A stretch of DNA of 64,000 nucleotides, from positions 24,490,001-24,554,000 of the forward strand of contig CM075986.1 in assembly GCA_038087875.1 (NCBI GenBank). The letters run 5' to 3'. Source of the DNA: Malacoraja senta. Lineage: Eukaryota. Positions 39,635 through 54,299 of the stretch are shown here, one piece after another (position 1 is the stretch's first letter; each line of letters opens with the position of its first letter). The notes under the pieces are model-generated. The model made no database searches, was not told the DNA's origin, and was given only the letters and a program-made list of their open reading frames with translations. Both the position numbers and the translations under genes were made by a program.

Positions 39635-40293
39635 TAATACCAATCAAATCTTAAGTGTCACTTCTGAGCAACTAACATATCCTGTAAGGATTTGCACAAA
39701 TAGCATAAAGCAGCTTGGAGATTTTTCAGGGTAAATTTATTGGTTGTATTTGAGTGTTTTGGAATCATTCACAATTTGTGTAATAAGAATAATTTGACAT
39801 TAGTAAATTGGTTTAAAACTGGACATGGCAAATTACATTGAGCTTTTCAATTTGGAAGGTGATTTGGGGATGGTCACCATTTAGTATAAATCTCAACGGA
39901 ACAATACTAACTATGGCTAATCCATGCTTTCTTTCAACGTCTAATTGGTTCCATAAAATTTAAGTGCAGCAATTGGTATTAAGCTAACTTTTCAAATGCG
40001 TCAGAGACTAAATGCATTAGGCTTGGAAAATAGGGCTACCAATTATAGAATTACCTATTGCAAGTGTTGCCCCGAAGTGAGTGTAGTTCTCATTAACTCT
40101 AAGGAAACAAAATTATGTGACTAAATGCATTTGTACTTGGTTCATCCTATTATACTTGTTTTGACGTTTGTCAGTGTAATCCAAATTTTACTCTTCATTC
40201 TACCCATTCTAGCACCATCCCATTTTGAAGTGGGAACAATTGGTAGAAATCTTGTATCTCAATTCTGGGATGGAGCTGATGGAATGTATCTCG

Positions 40294-40702
40294 AGAAACA
40301 CAAAATGCTTGAGTAACTCAGCGGGACAGGCAGCATCTCTGGCGAAAAGGAATGGGTGAAGTCTCGGGTCAACACCCTTCTTCAGACTGATGTCGGGAGT
40401 GGGCGGAACATAGATAAAATGTAGTCGGAGACAGTAAGACTGGACGGAGAATTGGGGATGGGAGGGGATGGAGAGAGAGGGAAAGCAAAGGCTACTTGAA
40501 GTTTGAGACGTCAATGTTCATACCGCTGGGGTATAAGCTGCCCAAGCAAAATATGAGGTGCTGTTCCTCCAATTTGCGCTGGGCCTCACTCTGACAATGG
40601 AGGAGACCCAGGACAGAAAGGTCAGTGTGGGAATGGGAGGGCGAGTTGAAGTGTTGAGCAACCGGGAGATCAGGTGGGTTTAGATAGACTGAGCGGAGGT
40701 GT
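40294..40702 (-). mobile_element. Penelope 3' fragment
   Basis: Similar to 28127-28500 (TAAGCTGCCCAAGCAAAATATGAGGTGCTGTTCCTCCAA). Confidence 0.85.
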
Positions 40703-41221
40703 ATCTTGAATTGCTTTCAAGTTGCTGACAGATGGAAAAAGTTGTCCGTATATATCAAAGGTTGAAATGCTGCAGGTGATGACATGCTCCAAATAATCCA
40801 ATCCGCCACCATCCCAAAGCCAGGAAATGGACAGGTGTTAGGCACGGAGACAAGTTGTCAGGATCAAAGCACTCCATGTTAGCATTGACCACTGAAGTCA
40901 AACTACACTAATTGTCAGGTGAAATTTAATTCATAAAGTGAATGTGTACAGTAGTGGACAGCAGAAATGCAAGATGAGGGGAAGATAAGCTAAAGTTTAA
41001 GTATTTGAGATAGGCAACCGAGCAGGGATTCGGAATAAAACCAATATTGCCAATTTGCACAGTCATATTGCAGCACTTTTAGCATATTGGCTTAGGCCAT
41101 TTGGTTAGGGGTAAGCTAATTACTGATGATTTAAAACCTGCTGTAATGTACTTAAGCTTACATTTGAATCCTGTTGCATGTTGGATTGAAAACTGCCTTT
41201 TCGCCCCCATTTTTTTTTTTA

Positions 41222-41955
41222 CGGTGGCGGCGCCTTGTGGCTGAGGTTCGCCTGCAGTCCGTTTTTCTTTTTTTTGTTGTCAGGAATATGTTTTTGTTTT
41301 ATTTTTAGTTGTGTATATGAGGGGGGGGGCGGGTAAGGGAAACTTTTTAATCTCTTCCTTGTACGGGGCGCGACCTTTTCCTTGTCGTGTCTCTATTTCG
41401 CTGGGGCCTAACATCGTGGAGCTGGCAGCCTCCAACTGGAATCGACCTGAGGGCTCCAGTCGTAGAGCCTGCGGACTTACCATCATGGAACTGGCTGACT
41501 TCGGAGGCTGTGGTGGCACTGCGGCTGCGACCCGACTTCGGAAGCTTCGGCCACAGGCTCGCAAGTCCCTGGTAAGAGACCGATTTTCGGGAGCTCCCGC
41601 AACGGCAACTTTGCCCGCCCCGAATCACGGGGTTTGAATCGGCCCGTCGCAGGGCCTTACATCGCCCAGCACGGCTCAATCGGCCACGGGACTTACCATC
41701 ACCCGCCGGGGGCTTTAACATCAAGAGCCTCGATCGCCTCGACGCAGCAGTTTGACTGCCTGACCGCGGGAGAAGAACAGGGAAGAGATATCCCTTCCAT
41801 CACAGTGAGGAGGTGTTTGGAGATTCACTGTGATGGATGTTTGTGTGGAACTGTGTTGATTGTGTGTTTTTTTTTTTTGTTGCTGTTATGACTGCAGGGA
41901 ATGAAATTTTGTTCAGACCTTTGTTTGTTTGAATGGCAATAAAGGCATTCTAATT
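41222..41955 (+). mobile_element. GC-rich non-coding element with LINE-like tail (putative non-autonomous Rex1-type retroposon)
   Basis: GGTGGCGGCGCC start, CpG-rich body in an AT-rich intron, TGAAATTTTGTT..TGAATGGCAATAAAGG plus ATTCT repeats at the 3' end. Confidence 0.5.
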
Positions 41956-42529
41956 CTTTCTCACCTTTGCTTTCTGTATCCTGAGTGGTTCCTTGTAATT
42001 GAGGAAAGATTTTAAGTTTGGACAGCAATGTTTTCATTTGGACAATCTGATTAATCAGGCCTTCAATTATAGCAATCTGTTGCCTCAAAACTGTATAGAA
42101 GCTCTGCTTGTACCCTGTTGTATTGCTCACCCTGCGAGTACATTCATTTCTGGAGTGTCTAACTGTTAATGGCCTCTGGCAAAATGATAAGGAGGAAACT
42201 TTATGAATGACATTTGATAATGAACAACTGTTTAATTCTAATTGCACTGCAATCTTTGCATTCTCTCAAACGGCTTCAGGAATGAGTCCGAAACATTTTG
42301 GTCTAGTTCAGAATTAAATTGCCATTTGACTTTTTGTTAGAACTGTGATCTTGAGACTTCAAGGAATAGATTCTTGTAATCAACCTATAATTTCAGATTA
42401 CCATTTACTAATGTAGCAACGCTGGTAGCTAATGCATTCTGCAGTACAGGGCACCATATCCCTGTACAGTTGATGGAAGTTGAAGAAAGAACGACTTGGG
42501 ATTTTCATTTTAGTATTACAAAAATGGTT

Positions 42530-43120
42530 TAGAATGAAGTGCAGGAACAATCCCTTTGACCCATAATGTCTGTGTCGAACATGATGCCACCACATACCCT
42601 TATTTGCCTGCACGTAATCTATATCCTTCCATTCCCTGTATATCCATGCGCTTATCCAAAATTCCCTTCAATGCCACTATCATATCTGCCTCCACCACCA
42701 CTCCTGGACGTGCGTTCCAGGCACTTGCTACCCGCTGTGTAGAAACAAAACTTAGAACTTTAAACTACACCCCCTCTCCTTAAAGCTATACCTCTAGTAT
42801 TTGACATTTCCATCTGGGGAAATGGGTTTTGTCTGTCTACTCTATCCACACATCATACTTTTCTCATAAGGGTTCTCTGCAGCCTCTGGCATTCCAGAGA
42901 AAACTATCCAAGTCTGTCCAACCCCTTGCTATAGCTAATGCCCTCAACTCCAGGCTTCATTCTGGTAAGCTACCTCTGCTCCATTTCCAAAGCTTCCATG
43001 TCGTTCCTGTAATGGGGTGACCAGAACTGCAGGCATCAGTCCAAATATGACCTAACCAAAGTATTGTAGAGCTGTCGTGACTTCCTGATTCTTGCACTCA
43101 ATGCTCTGACCAATGAAGAG
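42530..43120 (-). mobile_element. CR1 LINE 3' fragment
   Basis: Tail matches 13010-13275; further CR1 RT sequence at 43890-44090 (ORF VCIDFSKAFD). Confidence 0.75.
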
Positions 43121-43155
43121 ACCAATATGGTGCCCTGTACTGCATATGCCTCGTG

Positions 43156-43885
43156 TCAGAAGGAACAGCCGATGCTGGTTTGCACCAAAGATAAACATAA
43201 CATTCTGGAGCAACTTAGTGGGTCAGGCAGCATCCCTGGAGAAAAGCAATAGGTGACGTTTTGAACCGGGACCCTTCTTCAGACTGAGTCGGGGGAGAGG
43301 GAAACTGGAGATATGAAGAGGTGCAAAGAGCAAATGAATGAAATGTATGCAAAAGAACAAATCAAAGCCAGCAATGATGATCAAGGAAAGGTGGAGCCCA
43401 CAGTGGTCCATTGTTGGCTGTGGAGAAGGTGATAATGAGTGAAATTAGTAGGATAACGAGGACGACAGTGAAATTAGTAGGATAACTAGAATCGAAGAGG
43501 TACCGGGGGAGAGAGAATATGCAAGGGTTACTTGGTTAGAGAAATCAATGTTCATGCCACTGAGGTGTAAGCTGCCCAAGCAAAATATGAGGTGCTGTTC
43601 CTCCAATTTGTATTTGGCCTCACTCTGACAATGGAGGAGGCACAGGACAAAATGGTCAATGTGGGAATGATAAGTGGAGTTGGTGTTTGGCAACCGGGAG
43701 ATCACGTAGGCCAAGGTGAACTGAGCGAAGGTGTTCAGCAAAACGATTGCCCAGTCTGCACTTTGTCTCACTGATTATATAGGAGTCTGCACCTAGAACA
43801 GTGGATACCGTAGACAAAGCAGGATGCACTTCTGTCTCGCCTGAAAGGACTGTCGGGGTCCTTGGACAGAATCGAGGGAGGGGGT
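43156..43885 (-). mobile_element. Penelope 3' fragment (GIY-YIG end plus 3' terminus)
   Basis: Minus ORFs FVYGIHCSRCRLLY and KLEEQHLIFCLGSL.LSGMNIDF; degenerate hammerhead core at about 43254-43282. Confidence 0.85.
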
Positions 43886-46800
43886 ACCTTAATTATCTGG
43901 ATCAGCCTACCATGGGCCTCTTCATCAAATGCCTTACTAAAATCTATGCAGACAACACCCTCATCGATCACAGTCGTCACCTCAGCAAAAGTAGTAAGGT
44001 GTGACGTCCTGTGTTCAAAGCCATGCTGACTGTCCCCAATTAACCCATTCTCCTCTAAGTGGGAGTAAATACAGAATAATCTTCTCCAATGTACAGTAAT
44101 GAGATGGATGAAATTTAGAAGTACTTATTCAATAATTACATTTTGATTTCAGACAAGTTTTAGGGAAGCCACATCCCAGCCCTTATTTGGAGCTTGTGTT
44201 TGAGATTTTTGGGAAATCAGTTGTAATATTTCATCAAATGCAATTGTTTCTTTAGTTATGCCTTTATCTTGATTGTTTTCCAACATTTCCCAGTCTACCA
44301 TATTTTAGCTTATTTTTGCTTTGCATTTTTTTTTGTTCTTGAGTAACCTTGGACTTTACTCCCATGATATTGAGGAGAAGTTGCAAATTCTCCACATTTC
44401 CCCATGCAGTTTGATGTATTTTGCAATGGAGTGCTTTCTGGATTTTACTTTGTATACCTGCAGAATTGATAATGGCTAAATAAAAAATTTTCAGTGCAGT
44501 CTATTCTTTCATTGATTATGAAAAGTTTTAGTGTTGTGCATCTTTCACTAGCTTCAGGTTGCTCCTTTTGCAATGGCATCAATGTTTTTAAAAAATTACC
44601 ATTTTGTTGATACTTTTAACATTAATGGCTCTGATTAAGTAGGACTTTTTGATTGGACTTCAGTCCAATTTTAGTATTAAAAAAGGATTTATAGATGGCT
44701 TAATCATCCATTAACATGAATCCAAGCTACTTTCTCACGTAACATTTGTTCATTGGATATGAGTTCAAAGCACTGGAGTAGATTAAATGGATAAGAATAG
44801 CAGATGTCATTTCCTAAAGGACATCAATGAAGTGAAACAGTAAAGTTTTATGGTGGTGTTGCTGTTAGACCTTTTAATTGTGATTTCATCTTTTGAATTG
44901 TAATTCTTAATCTTAAATGTAACATTTTGTTTGACCATGTATTCAAGCTGATATGCCCACATTGCAAGTCCAGATCACTGGATTCTCATACGGTTACTTA
45001 ACTGTGTTGCCAGATTCCATTTAATTCCACCTCTACATTGCTGTCTGAATTTTAAACAAAAATGCTTGGCTGATCATAACCTTCAGCAGCTGTATCTTTT
45101 AAAGCAAGTTATATGATTTGCTGGTGTGCTTGATCTCTTGTTAGACAATAGGAAAATCCTCTATTCTATGCTGCTTGGCAATAAATGGCTGTCAGCATTG
45201 GTTTCTAGTGACTCTTGGCTGTCCAAAACAAGGTTATTCTGCTTTTATCATTTGGGGGATTAATAAAATATGTTATGATGTTGAAGCATTAATCTTTGTT
45301 CTTTCATTTAATAATTTACATTATCCACTTTGAATTCTTGTATGCATTTAATTTTATTTTTCTCAAAGCTAGAAGTAAATAGATGAGGCTAATCAGATTT
45401 GATTTTGGAAAAAAATCGTGGTGAGAATTAGTTTGAAGAGCAGTATTTTTGTTCCTGAATCTTGTCTGCTAGTCTAAACCTGGCCACATAACCCAAGCTA
45501 CTGGTCAAAAGCAGAATTGGGACTAGACTTGTCATTGGCCAGTCCTGAAATGCAACTTATATTTTCATGAAGTAATGGCCTAGAAATTTGCTGTATTCGT
45601 ATTGTGATTTTGTAGGTTAAAGTGCATTGTAAAACGTGCAATATGTAAAGAACATAACTTTCAAGCATGCTCCCATGTATGTAATAAACCTGTGAGTGAA
45701 TCTCTGCCTGCTTCATTGTTCATAAATGTCCAACTGGCACTGCAAATTAAGATGCCAGTGTGCTTGGTGCAGGACTGCCCAAATTTGGATGTTTAAACTC
45801 ATTTGTTTATCAGTAAGCTGCAGCAAAGCAGCAGCCACAGTGGCAATCAGGAAGCGGCCCATCACCCAACCAGGAGGTAAACAAAGGGATGCTTTTCGAG
45901 ATATGGACCACCTTGGAAGATAAGGTCAACATAAATGTAATCATTTTTCAATACCGCTCATAACTTGATACTGTTGCTGACCGTTCCAATAAGGGGAAAT
46001 ACTCTGCAAAATGACATGCCGTCCCCATGAAGTTTCAATTTGATTTTAGTTTTGGCGCTCAATCAAACCTAGTTGGTCTATTTAGAGTACTTTTAGAACT
46101 AGTAACAGGATGTCCTGATGTTTTACTTCCTGTACAAATGGTGTCAGTCTCTGGATGAAGGAACATATTGTGAAATCTTGCTCTGTAAAAGATGATGAAC
46201 ACACTTTACTTTCAGTTTCCATTAGATGTCTAATTCAATTAGCCACATTTCATGTCTAATTGCAGGTTCTTTTTTGATTGATGGAACTGTCATTCATGAC
46301 CTGTCTCTTGTGATACTTCTCTTGCGAGACTTTTTAAAGTATTGTGATAAGGGTTGGGAGTAGTAATAGATAAGAGTTTTTTATTCTCTTTCCATTTAAT
46401 GCTTTTTGGATTTGGTGTTTTTTGGGAAATGCTCATTAATGGTTTTTTTAAATTCTATTATTGGCCATAAGCTGTCATACAACATAAATTTGATATGACT
46501 TCTGCAATCATGCTCATATATTTTATACATTGTGATTTTTGCCTATCTTGTTCCTGAAATCCAGTTGATATTAAGAAGCTGCAATGGTAGCCGCTAAGAC
46601 TTGAACCAAAAATTGAGGCACCAACTAGAATTTTGCAGAAACATCTACTGCGTATGTTAAATCCTCAAGTTTTTGTATATGATAGAGGTAAAATGATTTG
46701 GTTTTACCGGTGGTGAGTCATTTGACAGTAGCAAATACATAACATGTGGTTAAAACTCCTTAATGTAAAACAAAATGGTAACATTGTTGCTGTCATCTTC

Positions 46801-49800
46801 ATGGTTTTCAATATGCAGGTAATGGCTTGTGGTTAGTGGAGCAGCAAAGGCAGTAGATGATGAGTAGAATGATTGTTGAAAGAATGTGCTGTAACCAATG
46901 AGAAACACGGCAGTAACTTATGTCATATGATCCTTTTCACCTAGATGATTAAAAAACTGACTATTTGAAGAATCAAGTACTTGCAGTATTGTCACCAAGT
47001 TCACCAAGCACTGACTCCAGTAGTTGAATGAGTTGGCATGCGTGTCGCATGGAAAAATGGAAGAGCTGATCTTTGGAATCAAATTCTTTCCACCATATTG
47101 TTTATTTTCCTGTCAAAGCTTTCAGGATGAAATGATGTCTGAATAAACTTGCAAGTGTACTCTGAACTTTGGGTCTAAACAAGTAAACTCTTGTACCTTT
47201 GTATGGAGGTGGTTTAACTATTTTGTACTTAAAATGGAGTCACAAGAACTACAGATGCTGATTTACAATTGGCATTTGTCTAGAGGACTAACAGTCCCAA
47301 ATGGTGTGCTTTTCTGGGCCACAGATGTATTAAGGCCACTTTCTGTTGTATCGTAGAAGGACTAGTCAAACAATAATTATAGAAGTTCTCTAGCAGGTTA
47401 GGAGTGTTGTTGCAGAGAGCAACAAGTAGCCATCTCAACAGTCTTGACTTTGAAACTGGTTCCCTTTTTTCCATTGCAAATTTTAAATGACTTATTTTCC
47501 AAGCCTTGACTGGAAAGTGAAATTCATTTTGTTTTTCTTTCTCTGGTTGATTAAAGGGAGACTGACTGCATTGTAATCAAATATTATGCAGAATTTAAAC
47601 AAGGAATTGGAGGAAGCATTTGTTTCTATTCATATTCCATTGTATTTTGTAAACGCTATTTTATTGGAATTCTTGATGTGGTACCCTGCATAGAAAAATG
47701 CATTATGACAGGCTGCATTACCATGCAGCTGCATAAGATGCAACACCCAGGCTTTCACCTCTTCTCTTTTACCTGGGGGTCCAACATTTTTTTTCCACAT
47801 GATCAGCAATTTGCTTGCATTTTTCCCATTCTAGTGCACTGCGTGCAGCCTCCTGGAGAAAACAAACATCAGTGGATGATTACTTTACAAAACAATCGGG
47901 TTCAGTCTGCAGGAGTCCCCCTCTGAGCTGCTTGTCACCTGTTGCTTTAATTCTGCGACTTTGTGCATCCCATTCCCGCACTAACTCTTCTTTATGGCCT
48001 GCTGCACCGTTGCAAAAATGTTAATACAATTTGAGGAGCAAAACATTCAAGACGTGTTCCAGTCTTCCAGACCATCATATGACCCGTTAAAGCTTAATGT
48101 ATCTTTTATGGTCTCGGCTTGTATTTCACACTAATCAGTTTGTATACCTTCAGGATTATTACAGTGTCGGTAAAGTTGCACCTTTAGATTCCGACAGCCT
48201 CTCCATTATATTGTATTAACACCTTTACAGAGTGTCTTCCTCTAAAGGGATCTTTAAGTTTTAAACTGAATTAGGCCACGAGAGCACCAAACACAAAGTA
48301 GTGAAATGTCAGATCAACTACGTGCTGAAAATAGTTGGATGGCTGAAACTGGCTGAGCAGGAGCTTTTTTTGCGTGGTGATTTTGTTGACCTGTTACCTG
48401 GACCAAGAAAAAAATCTTGCAGGAGATGTCAAAAACAACCTGGTGTGCTCTCTATTCCCAGTTTTATTTCCTATAGTAACTTTCCCCCATAGACTAGAGT
48501 TTAAAATTGCTGTAAGTCAATGGGGCTAAGACAACCCAAAATAGTTTGTGCCCTCAACTCATTCTGTTACCAAACAAACAGCCTTCACCATAACTTAACT
48601 GGACGTTTCCGTTTCTGAAGAGTTTGGCCACATTGCAAAATTTGTAAAGCTCAAGTCAGCACAAAAGCTAAAGTATTATCAGGGCATATCAAGAGGTGAC
48701 TGCTAAATGGCCTACTTAACCAATGTTGATTTTAAATATAGGCAAGCTTGTCTTATTGCCCACATCCTTTAACGTTGGGACTTTTTTTGTGGTTTGTGTA
48801 CTTATTTGCTCTCATAACCAAATCTGAAATACTGAGCAAGAAATTATGAAATTTAACATTGTGTTGAAAATGCATGTGAATAGAAATACTATTAATTATA
48901 ATAGTTCTGCATTTTGTAGAAAGTTTTGTGATACTTTCTGGTAAATTGTGGGGATCACTTTAAAATGTTCCCAGAGCTTGTTCTGGGTATAGAGGGGAAA
49001 GGAAACAACTGTTTAAAGGTGTTTATTTTAGACCCCCCCAAAAAAAAATTTCAAGGCCTGTAATTTGTGTTCCACAAGAGAATTTTGTGATGCTCAGTAC
49101 CTCTAGGGAGGCTTAGTATCTGTAAATATTTTTGCATATGGAAAGAGTTTATTTGGTGTCTTTGCCTTGATGTCATTTTATAAGTTTTGCCCATAATCTA
49201 ACACACTCTTTATTCAGTGACTCATCTGAACCATTCAGATGCAATATTTAAGGAATGTGACTTGACTTATCAGGTGAAAGGTGCTCGGACTAGGAACAGT
49301 CTGCTCGTCGTGTACTCTTGAGTATATAATTGCTGTGGTAAAAGGCTTGAACCTGCTGGTGGAAAATTGCATTTTGTTCATAATTTACTTTTTGTGGGTG
49401 TAGATTGGGAAAGCTGTGAGTGATGCTGTAAGGCCAGTTATCATGAACTACTGCAGTCCAAGTGAAAGTACTCCAGTGCTGTAGAGCAGGGACTTCCAAT
49501 AATGAAGGAATGGTGTTCTTTTTCCAAGTCAACAGAGGAAACTGTAGGCAGTGGTGTTCCCATGCCAATGTCCTCATAGGTGGAGGTCAGAGTGCTCTTG
49601 TCAGGAACTGTGGTGCATTTTGTGGATGGCACACTGCGGTCTCTGCACCAGTCGAGGGGGAATAAATTATTTGGTTTGCCAGTAATATGTGGTTCTAATT
49701 TCCTCCAGGAGGTTGAGTTACCTGTTTTTGAGCAATTGCTTTTGCTAGCGATGGGAATGGTATTCCAATGTAATGTGGGTAATGGAAAGGCTTTAGGGTG

Positions 49801-50910
49801 TCAGGAGATGAATCTCACTTTTCTGTCCTGTTCAAAATTGGAAGGGGTACAATTATAGGTTTTCAAATCTGATATTTCTATGGCGATTTGTGAGAATAGA
49901 ATTCAAAAACACTTTAACTGTACAAATGCATTAATCACAGGGGATTATGGGTTTAGAAAGGTGGTAACAGTTGCTAGGTACAGGATTCTTGGTTATTTCA
50001 GTTAATTTGTGCCAAGTGGACTTCTGACTCTCTTTGATCCAGAAAAGGTATTAGGTTTTAAGCCCTGATCATTTGCCTCATTGTCTGAATTATCCATTCA
50101 GTATTCTTTTACTTACTTCATGTGCAAATGAAGATTGGAATATTATACTTTTACTCTTTAACTGATGCTGGCAGGCTTTGAGAATAAGGCTACTTGAGGT
50201 ACAAACAAAGCATTGTGTAATTGAAGATGGCCTACAGTTTGCGGTAAAGCTAAAACAGATGAAGTACCCAGCATTTCATTTGTTTGAGATTTACATTTGA
50301 ATGTGACACACTGTATTTCTTGATGACGTGTGCAGAAATTGGTTTCAATTTGACATGGTATGTTTAGCGAGGAGTAACGAGACCACATCATGAAAAATGT
50401 AATAATGAGTTACGACGATTACAAATGTAAACCATAAAAGTAACAGAGCAGATAATTGGGTCTTTGTCAAAAAAAATTGAAGCTTAACATAAAGAACTGT
50501 AGTCAAAATGCATTGGAGTGCAATGGACACTTACAATTTCCATGCAAAGGGCATAAAAGGCATTGCAGGTGCAAAAATAACATTCTCTGGAATAGTAACT
50601 GGGCTGTGGTTTTATATATTGAGAAGAATATGAACAAAATGAAATCTCCAAGTGAAATGTGCAAGAAGTAAGTTGGCAGTTCTTCAATGCAGAATGGAAC
50701 TGATAGCAGAGAGGTGCAGGAATTGTTTTGCACTTGGAGGGTAAAACCAGAATTGGAAGCAATGCCCATTAAAATCAAATGGCAAATTTGGCCAGAACCT
50801 TTCATCCAGAGTCATTAGAATATGGAATTTACCACCATGAAGAGATAAGGCAAATGCAAAAGATGCATGTTGATCAATACTAGAGCTAGAAATGGGACAG
50901 GTTTAGTGGT

Positions 50911-51085
50911 TGTAGAAACAAAGAATTACAGAGGCTTGCTAACACACATGTACCCAGTGCTGGAGTAACTCAGCAGGTCAGTTAGCATTTCTGGAAGAAG
51001 GGTCTTGACCCAAAACATCACCTATTCATGTTCTCCAGAAATGCTGCTTGACCTACTGAGTTACCCCAGCATTTTGTGTCCTTGT
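50911..51085. mobile_element. Penelope-derived fold-back fragment
   Basis: GCTGGAGTAACTCAGCAGGTCA / TGACCTACTGAGTTACCCCAGC arms; GAAGAAGGGTCTTGACCCAAAAC core. Confidence 0.7.
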
Positions 51086-53206
51086 GTTTAATGCAACTCT
51101 TATCTGGGTCTGATCTGAGCATTATAATGAACTTGTGCTCAGGATGTGTTCGCTTGCTATTAAGCTCCATTGTACCAGATTCTCAAGACATGACTATCAT
51201 GAGAATAAGATCCAAGTACCCTGGTGTCCATTTCCTGCAGTGGCTTATTTGATGAACTATGCTGGGATCTGATTTTTGCAGGGAGCTGCAAAGGCCTCTG
51301 CATGGGGCAAGGGAAGTAGTGGAAAAGGGGAAATTGGAAAGGATCAAATCGACAGTAAGTGGGATGAACCTGAGAATTAGGGAACAATGGTAATGAGTTG
51401 ATTTGAACTGAACAGCCAGGGGTTGGCGTCAATATTGCGGTCTTTGATTTGCTATTCTCTTTAAATCCATTTCTAAGCTTTGTGTTAGCTAGAAATGTTG
51501 TATGCCATTTGGCCCATATCCAGTAGTCTTTGTGTACCAGCAAGTCTCATCATAGAAGTCATGGCATCTGTTTTGCCCAATGGTATCTGCTTCCATCTGT
51601 AGTTGCTTCTCCAATTATCGATTGAAGGGTGTGAGGTAGAGTCTTGTAGTTAATGCTGATGATCTGTATTTCTGATGTATACAATTCTTTGCTTTCTTTA
51701 GTATGTGTCTATAATGGCCTTGATTTAGCAGCTGTATTTTCTGGGGGATAATCTGATAATTGGCCTTGGCTGAACCATTCTTTTTTTGAGATGGAATATT
51801 TCTGAATGTGACTTAGTTATATTGTTTTCTGTTATTCTGAATCTGGTTTGGTATGGAAACAATAGCTTTAACTCTGAGCAGCTAATTGTAGAAACAAGGC
51901 CTTCTTTCTTCCTCCCTCCTTTCATCAGAATGTTTCCCCATTAAAAAAAGAATTGTACATTTTCAACTCTAATATGGAATGTTCAAGATGTACAGTTATA
52001 TAAAAATGACATAATAAACTATTAGTAAATGCAAGTTTGGTTCGGTTCTTGTTTTGATAGATCTGGAACCTTCCGAAATGCAGTATTAAAAGGTTTTCTC
52101 GTGTCATTGTGTACATTACAACTATTAGATCTCACAAAACACTAAGGGGGGAAAACACACTTACTTTTCATCAGGTGTTTTCTAGCTTCATTGCTATCTT
52201 ATTACAAAGTACACAAAAAGACTTTGGGAGAGGAAATTGCTATGTAAAATATGTTCTAAAGTAACTGGTATTGCAGTCCTTAATCCAAAGATTGCCCTTC
52301 TAGATTTTGATATCCTTAATGGTACTTAAAATTTACAATTCTATGCAACAGCTCCAAGAGCTCATTTATTAATCTACTCCAAGCGAAATTGTATCGATCA
52401 CTTGATTTAAGGAAGCAGGCTAACCTGCTTAACATTTATACTTTGTACTTTTAGCAGTCATGCATTTTTTTGCAATCATAACAATCTTTTAATGATTTTT
52501 GCGATATTTCATTTTCATTCCTTGCTAAGATTTATATGAAGCATGAATTGATGTAAAAGTGTAGTAGTAAAAAGCTGGTATTCCATTGTCAAAAATACAT
52601 CTCTGCAGCCAAATAAATGGGACTTGCTGTTCATTGCACTTACATTTGCCCAACCTTGCCCTGTATTTCTGGTAGAATTTTTTGTAATTAGGAATAATGC
52701 TGACGATATGAGTGTATAGTCCATGTAACAGCATCTCTTATCCAACAGATTGAGATACTATAATAATGTCTCTGTTCTAACTACCTCTAAATGCAGCTGG
52801 TGCTAAAATTTCATCTGAGATAACCATTGCTTGAAAAAATGTTGATTTTTGGTGTTTTGGATGTGTTCAAACTGGACAAACAGCTTACTTTTTTTTTTTT
52901 AAATTCCATACAAATTTGTGCTGGCCTTGTCTATGTCTCTGGGTTATTACAGAAAAATACAAATCACTGTTAATTAAACAAATGAATGTTAATGGCAGAA
53001 GTTTAAATATATATTAGCTATAACCTGTTCACAGTATTTCAATATCCCCTCTTTATAAGACCATAGTAATGATAATGTTGAGTTTGTTGCATCTACAACA
53101 AGTACCGGTACTAAACAATGAAAATAGTTTTGAAATAAAAATTGAATCCAGCTTTGCTCTCATGTGGTAATGGAGACTGTTTTTCAAAAAGCATAATTTA
53201 GTTTAA

Positions 53207-53362
<156 letters not shown>

Positions 53363-54299
53363 TGAATGCTGTTATACCTGTGGGGATCCAGGTTAAATGA
53401 CTTTGGTCACCTGGTTGCACATTGTGCAACACTTGGCTATACCAGCTCAAGTTAGAAACAAAATATATTTGAAAATTGAAAATTTTGTCAGGTTTGGGAG
53501 AAATAACAAGAGAATGTGGTTTTTCGGAGCTGTTTTCCCCTCTCAAAATTTGCACTGTGGAGCCCAAATGACCACTACAAAAATAGGAATAATAATAATG
53601 CTCTCTTGTATTATCCCTTGATCTCACACTAACTGGAAAAACAGGAATATTATATGAATAACCAGTCACCCAACTTTCTATGATAGGAATTAACTTTTGG
53701 AAAGCATCAAATTTGGCACAAAACAAGTTACCTTTGTGATGCTAAACCCATTCTTTTGCGATAGATTAAAATAATTTGAAAAATGTTTCCTCTTAGTGAC
53801 TTTAACTTTGAAAATAACTTTTTTTTTACTGGCAATGACTGTACTTTCAAACTACATAGTAAAGCACTTTGGAATGTTTGAGTTGAGGAAAGATGAGGCT
53901 GCAGATGTTTCACAGGTTGGGACCAACATGCTCTGTTGGGAATTTTCTGCTTGTGATGTAATATGGAAGATGGTCAACATTTTCTGAAATAAAATTATCT
54001 TAAAGTAAAGCAAAGTAATATTTAGATTACTTGCACCTATTGGGAATCCAGGTTTCTAAAATCTGAAGGACCAAATGGGCAATACTTGCATTTTTAAAAA
54101 AAGTTCCAATTCCTTCCACTCACGGACATCAATGTACCCTAATCTTTGAGGTCTGGTGATGGGAGTGGAAATGTATTTGGCTAGCATGCAAATCAAAATC
54201 AAAGCCTTGACCTTGCAATGCCAGCATGGTTTTTGATCCATCTTATTGCGGGCTCTAGCTCCAGTTTAGAAGCTGGAGCCTGTAATTGGCACAGACTTC

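Noticed and set aside
48480-48530. CCCCATAGAC..GTCAATGGGG short inverted motif resembling MITE internal palindromes
   Set aside because: No element ends or TSD could be defined
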